Origin: an uncultured Acidobacteriota bacterium
GTDB lineage: Bacteria > Acidobacteriota > Polarisedimenticolia > JACPZX01
Direction: 5' to 3'
DNA: 64,000 bases
Assembly (NCBI GenBank): GCA_964400605.1
Contig: CAYNUH010000002.1
Coordinates: 58,866-122,865 of the forward strand
Shown piece by piece: positions 9,416 to 19,667 of this stretch; position 1 is the stretch's first letter; each line of letters opens with the position of its first letter. The notes under the pieces were generated by a model, which was not told where the DNA came from, made no database searches, and worked only from the letters and a program-made list of their open reading frames with translations. The position numbers and the translations under genes are program-made.

Positions 9416-11651
9416 GGGGCGATCCTATCAGAGCCGCTATGCCGCTATCGCGCTGCCCGTACCCGTACGGCGAGTGTTCACGTACAGGATCCCCGAAGGC
9501 CTTCCGGGTGCCTCCGAGCCCGGCTGCCGGGCCGTGGTGCCCTTCGGGCGCCGATCCCTCACGGGCGTCATCACCGCCCTCTCCCCGACCTGCAATCTGG
9601 ATGCGTCCCGGGTGAAGGACGTCGTCGCGCTCCCCGATGTGGAGCCCGCCGTCGGCGCGCCGCTCCTCGCCACGCTCCTCTGGGCGGCGCGCTACTATGT
9701 GGCGGCGCCGGGGCCGATGCTCTGTTCGGCCCTGCCTCCGGGCCGGGGGCGCCGGGGCTCCTCCGGTGAGGCGACGGAATCCTACTTCGCCCTCGCTCTG
9801 GATCCAGCGGGCGCGCTCGCGGCGTGCGCGCGTGCGCCGCGGCAGCGGCAGGCCGTCGAGCTTCTCGCGGCTGCGGGCGCCCCGGTTCCGTCCACCACGC
9901 TGCGTGACAGGCTCGGCGACATCGGTGCGGTCCTCGCCGCGCTGCGCCGGAAGAAGATCGTCCGCGTCGAAAGGCGCGCCGTGGCGCGCCGGCCGGAGGT
10001 GCTGCCTCCTCCCGCCCCGGCGGAGCGACCCTCCCTCACCGCCGAGCAGGCGTCGGCCGCCTCCGCCGTGGCGGCGGCGCTGGGGGAGGGGGCGTACCGC
10101 GGATTCCTCCTTCAGGGTCCGACGGGGAGCGGCAAGACGGAGGTGTACCTCGCCGCCATCGAGGAAACGCTCCGCCGCGGGCGCTGTGCCGTGTACCTCG
10201 TGCCCGAGATCTCCCTCACGCCTCTCCTCGCGCGCACGATCAAGGCACGGTTCGGCGAGACCTTCGCGCTGCTTCATTCGTCGCTGACGCCCGCGCAGCG
10301 GCGCGGCGAGTGGGGCCGCGTCCGCTCGGGGGAGGCCCGCGTGGTCCTGGGGCCGCGCTCGGCCCTGCTGGCGCCGCTTCCCGCGACCGGCCTCATCGTG
10401 GTGGACGAGGAGCAGGACGCCTCCTTCAAGCAGGACGTAGATCCCCGCTACAACGCGCGCGATCTGGCCCTCGTCAGGGCGAAGCGTGAGGGAGCGGTGG
10501 CGCTTCTGGGATCGGCCACGCCTTCCCTGGAGTCGTACCGCCTGGCCGAGTCGCGGAGGATCTCCCTGCTGACGCTGACGCAGCGGATCGAATCCAGGCC
10601 GCTGTCGCCGGTGGAGCTCGTGGACATGCGGGCGGAGCAGGCGCAGACGGGCGGCGAGGAACCGATCTCGCGGCGGCTGCGCGAGGCGCTGCGGGAGCGG
10701 CTGGCGCGGCGTGAGCAGGCCATCGTCTTCCTCAACAGGCGGGGGTGGGCCCCGGCTCTCCTGTGCCGGAGGTGCGGCGAGAACGTGAAGTGCCTTCGCT
10801 GCTCCATCGCGCTCACGTACCACAAAATCGACCGGCGGCTCCTGTGCCATTACTGCGGCTACCAGCGCGGATTGCCGCCCGTCTGCCCGGAGTGCGGATC
10901 GGAGAGGATCCATCTCACCGGCACGGGCACCGAGAGGCTCGCCGAGGAAATCGCGTCGATCTTCCCGGAGGCCCGGCTGGCCCGGCTCGATCGTGACGTC
11001 GCGCGCGGGCGCGCCGAGCCGGGGAGGATCCTGGCGGCCTTCGAACAAGGCGGATACGACATCCTCGTGGGGACGCAGCTCGTCGCCAAGGGGCACGACT
11101 TCCCCAACGTGACGCTGGTGGGGGTGATCAGCGCCGATTTCACGCTCGGATTCCCCGACTTCCGCGCCGCGGAACGAACGTTCCAGATCCTGACGCAGGT
11201 CGCGGGGCGGGCGGGAAGGGGGGATCGGCCCGGCGAGGTGATCGTGCAGGCCTACCGGCCGGACCACTACGCGATCCAGGCCGCGGCGGCTCAGGACTAC
11301 GCCGCCTTCTACCGCAAGGAGAGCCGCTACCGGCGGCTGATGGGGTATCCGCCCTTCACCGCCATGGCCAACGTCATCGCCACGGGGTCCACTCTCGAGA
11401 CGGCCCTGCGCCGCGCCCGCGCGGCGGCGGCCGCCATCCGTGAGGCGGGAGGCGACGCCGTGCGGGTCGTCGGCCCGGCCATCGCGCCTCTGGCGCGCCT
11501 GAAGGGACGCTTCCGCTTCCAGATCATGGTCCGATCGGCGGAGCGCAGGCGCCTCTCCGACACGTTGAATGCGGCGGTGGAGCGCCTCGAGCGAGCGCGG
11601 GCGCCGTCGCAGGGGCTGGTCATCGACGTCGATCCGACGTCTCTTCTGTGA
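9384..11651 (+). CDS. priA: primosomal protein N' (replication restart helicase PriA)
   Basis: N-terminal -ALPVPVRRVFTYRIPEG; Walker A GPTGSGKTE; DEEQD box; Cys4 zinc-binding region CRRCGENVKCLRCSIALTYHKIDRRLLCHYCG...CPECG. The start codon is uncertain: candidates are a GTG at 9384, or a non-canonical start or frameshift near 9440-9475. Confidence 0.8.
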   Translation: MKRESIPGSATGRSYQSRYAAIALPVPVRRVFTYRIPEGLPGASEPGCRAVVPFGRRSLTGVITALSPTCNLDASRVKDVVALPDVEPAVGAPLLATLLWAARYYVAAPGPMLCSALPPGRGRRGSSGEATESYFALALDPAGALAACARAPRQRQAVELLAAAGAPVPSTTLRDRLGDIGAVLAALRRKKIVRVERRAVARRPEVLPPPAPAERPSLTAEQASAASAVAAALGEGAYRGFLLQGPTGSGKTEVYLAAIEETLRRGRCAVYLVPEISLTPLLARTIKARFGETFALLHSSLTPAQRRGEWGRVRSGEARVVLGPRSALLAPLPATGLIVVDEEQDASFKQDVDPRYNARDLALVRAKREGAVALLGSATPSLESYRLAESRRISLLTLTQRIESRPLSPVELVDMRAEQAQTGGEEPISRRLREALRERLARREQAIVFLNRRGWAPALLCRRCGENVKCLRCSIALTYHKIDRRLLCHYCGYQRGLPPVCPECGSERIHLTGTGTERLAEEIASIFPEARLARLDRDVARGRAEPGRILAAFEQGGYDILVGTQLVAKGHDFPNVTLVGVISADFTLGFPDFRAAERTFQILTQVAGRAGRGDRPGEVIVQAYRPDHYAIQAAAAQDYAAFYRKESRYRRLMGYPPFTAMANVIATGSTLETALRRARAAAAAIREAGGDAVRVVGPAIAPLARLKGRFRFQIMVRSAERRRLSDTLNAAVERLERARAPSQGLVIDVDPTSLL

Positions 11652-11789
11652 ACCCGCGCCGCCGGAAACGATCGGGCCGCTGCGTGATTTCGCGCGCAAC
11701 AGATCACCCACAACCACCCTCCCGCCCGTCCGTCGCCCTTCGAACCACGTAGGCGGTTGATCCGGAAGGACTTGCCCTGCAGGGGGGCG

Positions 11790-11804
11790 TGGCATCGTGC
11801 TTGC
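11790..11804 (+). promoter_or_regulatory. candidate sigma-54 (-24/-12) promoter TGGCAT-N5-TTGC
   Basis: The sequence gTGGCATcgtgcTTGCcc lies about 105 nt upstream of the CoA-transferase ATG. Spacing between the GG and GC elements is exactly consensus. Confidence 0.5.
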
Positions 11805-11909
11805 CCTTGCTCGACTCGGATGCCGGGATCGGAAGCCCGCCCGGCGCCCGGCCGGTCCGCGCGGCGCGATGCTCTCCAACACGGGCCCCGGCGGGGCGAA
11901 GGAGATCTC

Positions 11910-13229
11910 ATGTCCTGGAAAGACGCCTACCGGAACAAGGTCTTGAGCCCGGACGAGGCCCTACGCTGCGTCCAATCCGGCATGCGCGTGTACATCCACC
12001 CGGGCTGCGCGGAGCCGGAGACGCTGGTGGAGGCCCTGATCCAGCGCGCGCCCGAGGTGCGCAACGTCGAGATCGTCCACCTGCTCACGATGGGACGGGC
12101 GGACTACATCGCCCCCGAGATGGCCGGCCACTTCCGCCACAACGCCATGTTCATCGGCGGCAACGTGCGGGAGGCCGTCAACGACGGCCGCGCCGACTAC
12201 ACGCCGATCTTCCTGAGCGAGATCGAAGGTCTGTTCGAGAGCGGCGAGATGCCCCTCGACGTGGCCCTGATCCAGGTCTCGCCGCCCGACCCGAACGGCT
12301 TCTGCAGCTTCGGCGTCGGCGTGGACACCACGCTGACGGCCGCCAGGACGGCGCGCTACGTGGTCGCCCAGGTGAACGAGCGGATGCCGCGGACGTACGG
12401 CGACAGCTTCATCCACGTGAGCGACATCGACGCGGTGGTGGAGGTCTCGAGGCCCCTGTGCGAGCTTCCGAAGGCCGACATCACGGAGCTGCACCTGGCC
12501 ATCGCCCGCAACGTGGCGAGCCTCATCGAGGACGGCGCGACGCTGCAGCTCGGCATAGGCGGCATTCCCGATGCGGTCCTCCTCTACCTGAAGGACCGCA
12601 AGGACCTCGGCATCCACACCGAGATGCTCTCCGACAACGTGATCCCGCTCATCGAGTCCGGCGTGGTGAACGGCCGCCTCAAAACGCTGCACGCCCGCAA
12701 GGTGATCCTCGGGTTCGTCCTGGGCACCCGGAAGTTGTTCGATTTCGTGAACGACAACCCGATCTTCGAGTTCCGCCCGAGCAGTTACACCAACAACCCC
12801 ATGGTGATCGCGCAGAACGAGCGAATGGTTGCGGTGAACTCGGCGCTCCAGATCGACCTGACCGGTCAGATCTGCTCGGACTCGCTGGGACCGTACTTCT
12901 ACAGCGGCATCGGCGGGCAGGTGGACTTCATCCGCGGCTCGGCGCGCGCCCCCGGGGGCAGGCCCATCATCGCCATCCCCTCCACGGCGCGCGACGACAC
13001 CGTGTCGCGGATCGTGCCGGCGCTCAGCCCCGGGGCCGGGGTGGTCACATCCCGGGGGGCCGTGCGCTACGTGGTGACCGAGCACGGCATCGCCTACCTG
13101 CATGGGCGCACCATCCGCCAGCGCGCCGAAGCGCTGATCCAGGCGGCCCATCCGAAGTTCCGCGAAGAACTCTACGACTACTGCGAGCGCACACGCTGGC
13201 TACAGCGGCCCGTGCTCGCGCCGAGGTGA
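11910..13229 (+). CDS. acetyl-CoA hydrolase/transferase family CoA-transferase (4-hydroxybutyrate- or succinyl-CoA:acetate CoA-transferase-like)
   Basis: An AAGGAG ribosome-binding site precedes ATG 11910. Blocks conserved in the Cat1/Cat2/ScpC family are present. The upstream ORF sequence is leader read-through. Confidence 0.7.
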   Translation: MSWKDAYRNKVLSPDEALRCVQSGMRVYIHPGCAEPETLVEALIQRAPEVRNVEIVHLLTMGRADYIAPEMAGHFRHNAMFIGGNVREAVNDGRADYTPIFLSEIEGLFESGEMPLDVALIQVSPPDPNGFCSFGVGVDTTLTAARTARYVVAQVNERMPRTYGDSFIHVSDIDAVVEVSRPLCELPKADITELHLAIARNVASLIEDGATLQLGIGGIPDAVLLYLKDRKDLGIHTEMLSDNVIPLIESGVVNGRLKTLHARKVILGFVLGTRKLFDFVNDNPIFEFRPSSYTNNPMVIAQNERMVAVNSALQIDLTGQICSDSLGPYFYSGIGGQVDFIRGSARAPGGRPIIAIPSTARDDTVSRIVPALSPGAGVVTSRGAVRYVVTEHGIAYLHGRTIRQRAEALIQAAHPKFREELYDYCERTRWLQRPVLAPR

Positions 13230-13232
13230 CGC

Positions 13233-13523
13233 ATGCCGCCCAAACCGCGCGGTCACGTGACCATCGATTCAGAGGAGTGCAAGGGGTGCGCGCTCTGCGT
13301 GGAGACCTGCCCGCCGGAGTGCCTGGAGCTGGATCCGCATCTCAACCCCTACGGCGTCCATCCCGCGCGGTACACGGGTGCGGGGTGCACCGGGTGCGGC
13401 ATCTGCTTCTACTGCTGCCCGGAGCCCGGCGCCATCACGGTCCACCGGGCGGCGCCGGAGAAGAAGGCCGCGGGCGAGCCTGAGATCGAGAAGGAGGAAG
13501 CGCCCCATGCGGCAGCTCTGTAA
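13233..13523 (+). CDS. korD: 2-oxoacid:ferredoxin oxidoreductase delta subunit (2x[4Fe-4S] ferredoxin)
   Basis: Two motifs, [12 protein letters not shown] and [12 protein letters not shown], in 96 aa. Confidence 0.8.
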   Translation: MPPKPRGHVTIDSEECKGCALCVETCPPECLELDPHLNPYGVHPARYTGAGCTGCGICFYCCPEPGAITVHRAAPEKKAAGEPEIEKEEAPHAAAL

Positions 13524-14562
13524 GGGCAACGTCGCGGTAGTGAAGGGCGCCGTGCTCGCTGGCTGCCGCGCCTTCTACGGGTACCCCATCACGCCGGCCA
13601 GCGAGATCGCCGAGGCCGCCGCGCTGTACATGCCCCAGGTCGGCGGCGTCTTCCTCCAGGCGGAGAGCGAGGTGGCGGCCATCAACATGGTGTACGGTGC
13701 GGCCTCGGCCGGCCTGCGAGCCATGACGGGCTCCTCGGGACCGGGCGTGAGCCTGATGCAGGAGGGGATCTCCTACATGGCCGGAGCCGAGCTGCCCTGC
13801 GTCATCGTGGACGTGGTGCGCGGCGGGCCCGGGCTGGGCAACATCGCGCCCGAGCAGAGCGACTACTTCGCCATGGTGAAGGGAGGGGGCCACGGCAACT
13901 ACCGGAACCTCGTCCTGGCCCCGGCTTCGGTGCAGGAGATGTCGGACCTGACGCGCCTGGCCTTCGATCTGGCGGATCGGTACCGCAACCCCGCTGTCAT
14001 TCTTACCGACGGCTTCATCGGTCAGATGATGGAGCCGCTCGAGCTCGAGGAGGTCGAGCCGTCCGCGCCCGAAAAGCCCTGGAGCGTGAGGGCCACGGCC
14101 GGGACCCGGAAGAACCTGATCACGTCCATCTACCTGGAACCCGACGAGCTCGAAGCGCACGTGCGCCGGCTGGAGGCCAAGTACAAGGTGGCCGCCGAGG
14201 CCGAGCAGCGCCACGAGACCTACAGGACCGACGACGCCGACGTGCTGCTGGTGGGATACGGGATCGTCTCGAGGGTGCTGCGCTCGGCGGTGGAGGAAGC
14301 CCGCGCGCAAGGGCTGCGGGCCGGGCTGTTCCGCCCCATCACGCTGTGGCCGTTCCCTTCGAAGGCCCTGGCACAGGCGGCCGGACGGTGCCGCTCGGTC
14401 CTGGTGGTGGAGATGAGCACGGGCCAGATGGTGGAGGACGTCAGGCTGGCTCTTGAGGGCCGGGTTCCGGTGGATCTGTACGGCCGGGTCGGAGGCAACG
14501 TGCCGCAGATCGAGGAGATCCTGGATCGGCTGGCGGCGGGCGTCGCGGCGCCGGTCCGCTGA
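13507..14562 (+). CDS. korA: 2-oxoglutarate/2-oxoacid:ferredoxin oxidoreductase alpha subunit
   Basis: [29 protein letters not shown] is the KorA/PorA N-terminus. It overlaps korD by 17 nt. Confidence 0.8.
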   Translation: MRQLCKGNVAVVKGAVLAGCRAFYGYPITPASEIAEAAALYMPQVGGVFLQAESEVAAINMVYGAASAGLRAMTGSSGPGVSLMQEGISYMAGAELPCVIVDVVRGGPGLGNIAPEQSDYFAMVKGGGHGNYRNLVLAPASVQEMSDLTRLAFDLADRYRNPAVILTDGFIGQMMEPLELEEVEPSAPEKPWSVRATAGTRKNLITSIYLEPDELEAHVRRLEAKYKVAAEAEQRHETYRTDDADVLLVGYGIVSRVLRSAVEEARAQGLRAGLFRPITLWPFPSKALAQAAGRCRSVLVVEMSTGQMVEDVRLALEGRVPVDLYGRVGGNVPQIEEILDRLAAGVAAPVR

Positions 14563-14587
14563 GGATCGCGCCCGCGGAGGGGTCATC

Positions 14588-16027
14588 GTGTCGGACTACG
14601 AGGTCATCCAGTCGAAATCGCCGGTCTTCTACGATCGCTACGAACGCAAGGCGGACCTCCGGCACCAGACGCACTACTGCCCCGGCTGCGGCCACGGTGT
14701 GGCCCACAAGCTGGTGGCGGAGGCCATCGCCGAGATGGGGCTTCAGGACTCAACGATCTTCGTCAGCCCCGTGGGCTGCTCGGTATTCGCCTACTACTAC
14801 TTCGACGTGGGCAACGTGCAGGCCGCCCACGGCCGCGCGCCCGCGGTGGCGACGGGGCTGAGGCGGGCGCTGCCGGGCAGCATCATCATCGCGTACCAGG
14901 GGGACGGCGATCTGGCCGCCATCGGGACTGCGGAGATCCTGCACGCCGCCAACCGCGGCGAGAACATCACCGTCTTCTTCGTCAACAACGCCATCTACGG
15001 CATGACCGGCGGGCAGATGGCTCCCACCACGCTCATCGGGCAGATCAGCACGACGAGCCCCTGGGGCCGCCGGGCGAGCAACGAAGGATACCCGTTGCGC
15101 GTGGCGGAGCTGCTGGCGTCGTTGCAGGCTCCGGTCTACATCGAGCGGGTGGCGCTGAGCGACGGCAAGAACATCATGAAGGCGCGCAAGGCCGTCCACA
15201 AAGCCATCGATCTCCAGCGCCAGGGAGCGGGTTTCTCCTTCGTCGAGATCCTCTCCCCGTGCCCGACCATCTGGAAGATGGACCCGGTCGAGGCCCGCAA
15301 GTGGGTGGCGGAGAAGATGCTGCCGGCCTTCCCCCTGGGCGTGTTCCGCGACCGCAAGGCCGCCATCCCCGGCGACGGCGCGCCTCCCGTGCGCCCCGTG
15401 GCCGAGGTCCTGGGCCTCCGCGATGCGGCGCCGGCCCCTGGCGCCGGAGCACGGGCGCGCGCGGCGGGCCGGGGGAGTCTGAACGTCAAGGTGGCAGGGT
15501 TCGGGGGCCAGGGGATCCTGCTGCTCGGGCAGATCCTGGCCGAGATCGGGATGCGGGAGGGCATGGAGGTGAGCTGGCTGCCTTCCTACGGGCCCGAGAT
15601 GCGCAGCGGCAGCGCCCACTGCCACGTGTGCCTCTCCCGCGGCAGGATAGGATCCCCTCTCATCTCCCGGCCCGACGTCCTGATCGCCATGAACGAGCCG
15701 TCGCTGCGGAAGTTCGGCCCCGAGGTCGCGCCGGGCGGGACCATCCTCTACAACCGGGACGCCCTGCCGGGGGATTTCGACGCGGCGCGGGCCCGCGTGA
15801 TCTGCTTGCCCGCATCCGACATCGCCGACCGGCTCGGCTCGGCGAAGGCGGCGAACGTGGTGATGCTGGGAGCGCTGCTGGATCAGGTGGAATTGCTCGG
15901 GCCGGAGACGGCCAGCGCGGTGCTGGAGTCCACGATCCGCAACGCCGAGATGCTGGAGGTGGACCGGCGCGCCCTGGAGGCCGGAAGGACCTTCGCCGCG
16001 GGATCCGCGTCCGCGGCCGTCGGATAG
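14588..16027 (+). CDS. korB: 2-oxoacid:ferredoxin oxidoreductase fused beta (TPP-binding) plus gamma subunit
   Basis: GTG start 8 nt after GGAGGGG. The N-terminal part has YCPGCGHG and the TPP motif GDGD...NN-YGMTGGQ. The C-terminal approximately 180 aa ([15 protein letters not shown]...) is a gamma-subunit domain. Confidence 0.75.
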   Translation: MSDYEVIQSKSPVFYDRYERKADLRHQTHYCPGCGHGVAHKLVAEAIAEMGLQDSTIFVSPVGCSVFAYYYFDVGNVQAAHGRAPAVATGLRRALPGSIIIAYQGDGDLAAIGTAEILHAANRGENITVFFVNNAIYGMTGGQMAPTTLIGQISTTSPWGRRASNEGYPLRVAELLASLQAPVYIERVALSDGKNIMKARKAVHKAIDLQRQGAGFSFVEILSPCPTIWKMDPVEARKWVAEKMLPAFPLGVFRDRKAAIPGDGAPPVRPVAEVLGLRDAAPAPGAGARARAAGRGSLNVKVAGFGGQGILLLGQILAEIGMREGMEVSWLPSYGPEMRSGSAHCHVCLSRGRIGSPLISRPDVLIAMNEPSLRKFGPEVAPGGTILYNRDALPGDFDAARARVICLPASDIADRLGSAKAANVVMLGALLDQVELLGPETASAVLESTIRNAEMLEVDRRALEAGRTFAAGSASAAVG

Positions 16028-16064
16028 AGCGGCGCTCCGGCGGGACCGGGAGAAGGAGGGACCC

Positions 16065-18404
16065 ATGCCCATCCGCAAACAGGACGTGCTCGATTACCAC
16101 GCGGGCGCGCGCCCGGGCAAGATCGAGGGCTCGCCCACGAAGCCCTGCCGGACGCAGCGCGATCTGAGCCTCGCCTACACGCCGGGTGTGGCCGAACCCT
16201 GCCTGGAGATCCAGAAGAACCCCCACGATGCTTTCAAGTACACCGCCCGGGGCAACCTGGTGGCGGTGGTGAGCAACGGCACCGCCGTCCTGGGATTGGG
16301 TCACATCGGGGCTCTCGCCGGCAAGCCCGTCATGGAGGGGAAGGCGGTCCTCTTCAAGCGGTTCGCCGACATCGACGTCTTCGACCTGGAGGTGGATTCG
16401 ACCGATCCCGAGGAAGTCATCCTCGTCTGCCGGCTGCTGGAACCCACGTTCGGCGGCATCAACCTGGAGGACATCCGGGCCCCGGAGTGCTTCCTCATCG
16501 AGGAGACGCTCCGGAAGACGATGAAGATCCCCGTCTTCCACGACGATCAGCACGGCACGGCCATCATCTCCGGCGCGGCCCTGATCAACGCGCTGGTTGT
16601 GGCGGGCAAGGAGGTCGGAGCCGTGCGGGTGGTGTTCAACGGAGCCGGCGCCGCGGGCATCGCCTGCGCGGAGCATTACGTGCGTCTCGGCGTCAAGCGC
16701 GAGAACATCGTCCTGTGCGACACCAAGGGGGTCATCTTCAAGGGCCGTGAAGAAGGGATGAACCCGTACAAGGCGCGCTTCGCCCAGGACACCAGCGCCA
16801 GGACGCTGGCGGACGCCCTGCGCGGCGCCGACGTGTTCGTGGGCCTGTCGACGGCCGGCGTCGTGACCCGCGACATGCTGGGCGCCATGGCGGCGCGGCC
16901 CATCGTGTTCGCCATGGCCAACCCCGACCCGGAGATCTCCTACGATGAGGCCCGCGACGCGCGGAACGACGTCATCATGGCGACGGGGCGGTCGGACTAC
17001 CCGAACCAGGTGAACAACGTCCTGGGCTTCCCCTTCATCTTCCGGGGGGCGCTCGACGTGCGCGCCACGGCCATCAACGAGGAGATGAAGCTCGCCGCAA
17101 CGCGCGCGCTCGCGGCGCTGGCCCGGGAGGACGTTCCCGACGCCGTGTGCCGGGCCTACGGCGTCGAGAGGCTGCAGTTCGGCAGGGACTACATTATCCC
17201 TAAGCCGTTCGACCGCCGGGTCCTGGTGTGGGAGGCCGCGGCCGTGGCCCGGGCGGCGATGGAGACGGGGGTGGCGCAGGAACCCGTGGACCTCGAGGAG
17301 TACCGCGAGCAACTCGAGCGGCGGCTGGGCCGGGCCCACGAGGTGATGCGGATGATGATCCACAAGGCCCGGGCGAAGCCGAAGCGGGTTGTCTTCCCGG
17401 AGGGCGAGCACGAGAAGATCCTCCGCGCCTGCCACATCCTCGTGGAGGAGAAGATCGCCAGGCCGGTACTGCTGGGCGACGCGTACGCGATCCACACGAA
17501 GGCATCCCATCTCGGCGTGCCGTTGAGCGGGATGGAGATCGTGGATCCGGCCGAGTGGCCCCACCGGGAGGCGTACATCGAGGAGCTGTACCGGATGCGG
17601 CAGCGCCGCGGGATGACCGCCTCCGAGGCGCGCGAGGTGATCGCGAGCCGCAACGTCTTCGGCTCGATGATGGTGCACATGGGGCACGCCGACGCGCTCG
17701 TTTCGGGCGTGACGCAGCATTACCCGGACACGATCCGCCCGGCGCTCCAGGTGATCAAGGTCCGGGAGGACGTGCACAAGGTGTCGGGCCTCTTCATGCT
17801 GGTGACGCAGCGCGGCGACATCTACTTTCTGGCCGACACCACCGTGAACGTCGATCCGACCGCCGAGGACCTGGCGGAGATCGCCCTGTGCGCGGCCCGC
17901 GCCGCCCGGCGGTTCGACGTCACGCCGCGCGTGGCCCTCCTGTCGTTCTCCAACTTCGGGAGCGCGAAGCATCCCCTCACCGCGAAGGTCCGCCGGGCCG
18001 TGGCGCTGGTGAGGAAGGCCGATCCGGATCTCATGGTGGACGGCGAGATGCAGGCCGACACGGCCGTGGTGCCCGAGATCGTGGAGACGACGTACCCGTT
18101 CTCCGCGCTGCGAGGGGGCGCCAACGTGCTGATCTTCCCCGATCTGCATTCCGGCAACATCGCCTACAAGCTGCTCATGCGCCTGGGCGGCGCGGAGGCC
18201 ATCGGACCGATCCTGATGGGCCTGAGCAAGCCGGTGCACGTCCTCCAGCTGGGAGCGGAGGTCGAGGACATCGTGAACGTCGCCGCCATCGCCGTCGTGG
18301 ACGCGCAGGAGGCGGCGGAGCGCGTCGCGGCCTCCGAGCCGGTGAGTTCCTCATCGAGGACCGTGGAGAATGTCAGCGGCGTCTCCTGCGTCGCAACCGA
18401 TTGA
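16065..18404 (+). CDS. maeB: NADP-dependent malic enzyme (malic domain plus C-terminal phosphotransacetylase-like domain)
   Basis: 779 aa with LAYTPGVA and GxGAAG in the malic domain and a PTA-like C-terminus. Confidence 0.85.
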   Translation: MPIRKQDVLDYHAGARPGKIEGSPTKPCRTQRDLSLAYTPGVAEPCLEIQKNPHDAFKYTARGNLVAVVSNGTAVLGLGHIGALAGKPVMEGKAVLFKRFADIDVFDLEVDSTDPEEVILVCRLLEPTFGGINLEDIRAPECFLIEETLRKTMKIPVFHDDQHGTAIISGAALINALVVAGKEVGAVRVVFNGAGAAGIACAEHYVRLGVKRENIVLCDTKGVIFKGREEGMNPYKARFAQDTSARTLADALRGADVFVGLSTAGVVTRDMLGAMAARPIVFAMANPDPEISYDEARDARNDVIMATGRSDYPNQVNNVLGFPFIFRGALDVRATAINEEMKLAATRALAALAREDVPDAVCRAYGVERLQFGRDYIIPKPFDRRVLVWEAAAVARAAMETGVAQEPVDLEEYREQLERRLGRAHEVMRMMIHKARAKPKRVVFPEGEHEKILRACHILVEEKIARPVLLGDAYAIHTKASHLGVPLSGMEIVDPAEWPHREAYIEELYRMRQRRGMTASEAREVIASRNVFGSMMVHMGHADALVSGVTQHYPDTIRPALQVIKVREDVHKVSGLFMLVTQRGDIYFLADTTVNVDPTAEDLAEIALCAARAARRFDVTPRVALLSFSNFGSAKHPLTAKVRRAVALVRKADPDLMVDGEMQADTAVVPEIVETTYPFSALRGGANVLIFPDLHSGNIAYKLLMRLGGAEAIGPILMGLSKPVHVLQLGAEVEDIVNVAAIAVVDAQEAAERVAASEPVSSSSRTVENVSGVSCVATD

Positions 18405-18580
18405 TCCTTCGGCACCTCCACCCCCACCGCCTCGAACCGTCCCACCCGCCGTTGAGGTTCTCATCGCGGGGCGTTGAACCCCTCCGCCGCCTCCTCAAAT
18501 GAGGGAACCCCGCACAATGCATCTCTATGACTATGCTCGAATTGCGAACGCCTCCGTAAAATAGCACACTCCCCCTTCAG

Positions 18581-18596
18581 CGGCACGGCGGTTGCC
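18581..18596 (+). promoter_or_regulatory. candidate sigma-54 promoter GGCACG-N4-TTGC
   Basis: The sequence cGGCACGgcggTTGCc lies in the 300-nt intergenic gap, about 110 nt upstream of the GcvH-like gene. An NtrC-family activator is encoded at the end of the same operon. Confidence 0.55.
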
Positions 18597-18707
18597 TTAC
18601 GTCAGGGTGGAGCGCGGGTCTCCGGAAGGGCGCCGCAAGAGCGCGGACCGCCCGCCGGACGCGCGGGCGACGCGGGCCGCCGGGGATGTCCCGCGAGGAG
18701 GTGTCCC

Positions 18708-19376
18708 ATGACAGTCCTGCTGGTCCTCGCGACCTTCATCGTGTTGCTCACCATCGACTTCGTCCTTAGCCGGAAGAACATGGTGCGGAGCGCCGGGGAG
18801 GCTGCCCGGGCCGCCGCGGTCCTCCGGCCGGGCCGGCCTCTGGTGGGCGGGTTCGCCGTGCCGGAGGGTCTCCGCTACCACCCGGGCCACACCTGGGCGT
18901 TGAGCGAGAGCCCCACTCTCGTGCGCGTCGGGCTGGACGACTTCGCGGCCCGTCTGATCGGGAAACTGGAGAAGGTCACGCTGCCGCGGCGCGGGCAGTG
19001 GATCCGTCAGGGGCAGAAGCTCTGGACGGTTCAGCGCGACGGCCGGCAGGTGGAGATGCTGTCGCCGATCGAGGGGACGGTCGCGAGCGTCAACGAGGCG
19101 CTCGAGCGGGATCCCGACCTGGCGCGCCGCGATCCGTACGGCGAGGGGTGGCTGGTGACCGTGGAGGCTCCCGACCTCCGGACGAACCTGAAGAATCTGC
19201 TGGTCGGCTCGCTGGCGCGATCCTGGATGGAGGATGCCGCGGCGCGGCTGCGGGGGCGGCTGCCGGCGCCGGCGGGGCCCGTGGCCCAGGACGGCGGCGT
19301 GGGCGTCGAGGATCTGGGATCGCAGATCCCCGAGGAGGCGTGGAGCGACCTGGCCCGTGAGTTCTTCCTCGCCTGA
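18708..19376 (+). CDS. membrane-anchored glycine-cleavage H-protein-like (GcvH-like) protein; the lipoyl-lysine may be absent
   Basis: An N-terminal TM helix is followed by a GcvH fold: HTWA (for HEW), LPxxG, PxxGxVxxVNExL and DPYGEGWL. By eye, the position of the lipoyl-Lys (ESVK) aligns to VQRDGR. Confidence 0.6.
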   Translation: MTVLLVLATFIVLLTIDFVLSRKNMVRSAGEAARAAAVLRPGRPLVGGFAVPEGLRYHPGHTWALSESPTLVRVGLDDFAARLIGKLEKVTLPRRGQWIRQGQKLWTVQRDGRQVEMLSPIEGTVASVNEALERDPDLARRDPYGEGWLVTVEAPDLRTNLKNLLVGSLARSWMEDAAARLRGRLPAPAGPVAQDGGVGVEDLGSQIPEEAWSDLAREFFLA

Positions 19377-19667
19377 CGGAGATCACAGGCTGCGAGGCGG
19401 TGGGGGGCGGCGCGTGAGCGTCCGCGGCGGCGCCGCTCCCTCGCGGGATCGTGAAGTCCCGCAACAGTCCGGGAGTGGACCCAGCGCGTGCGTCCATTTC
19501 CTCAACGATCCGTCCCTTTCCCTCTCCAGACCGCTCCTCCCTTCCCGGCCCGGAAGCTAAGCCGTTGCCGCTGAGGCGCTTGTGAACCGGGGCACAAACC
19601 AGGCTCGACGCCGCCGCTGGCAGGGGAATTGCCCTTCAGACGATCGATAGCCCGCGCGGAGGGATCC

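Noticed and set aside
8574-11882. 1102-aa ORF on - strand
   Set aside because: Antisense to priA. The translation is low-complexity (R/G/P/A) with no domain pattern.
15660-18239. 859-aa ORF on - strand
   Set aside because: Antisense to maeB/korBC. Biased composition and no motifs.
18480-18570. Local AT-richer patch (aatgcatctctatgactatgctcgaattgcgaacgcctccgtaaaatagc); considered as an sRNA or tRNA
   Set aside because: No tRNA cloverleaf or T-loop motif. It sits immediately 5' of the sigma-54 element, so it is more likely an upstream activator or IHF-bending region of the promoter.
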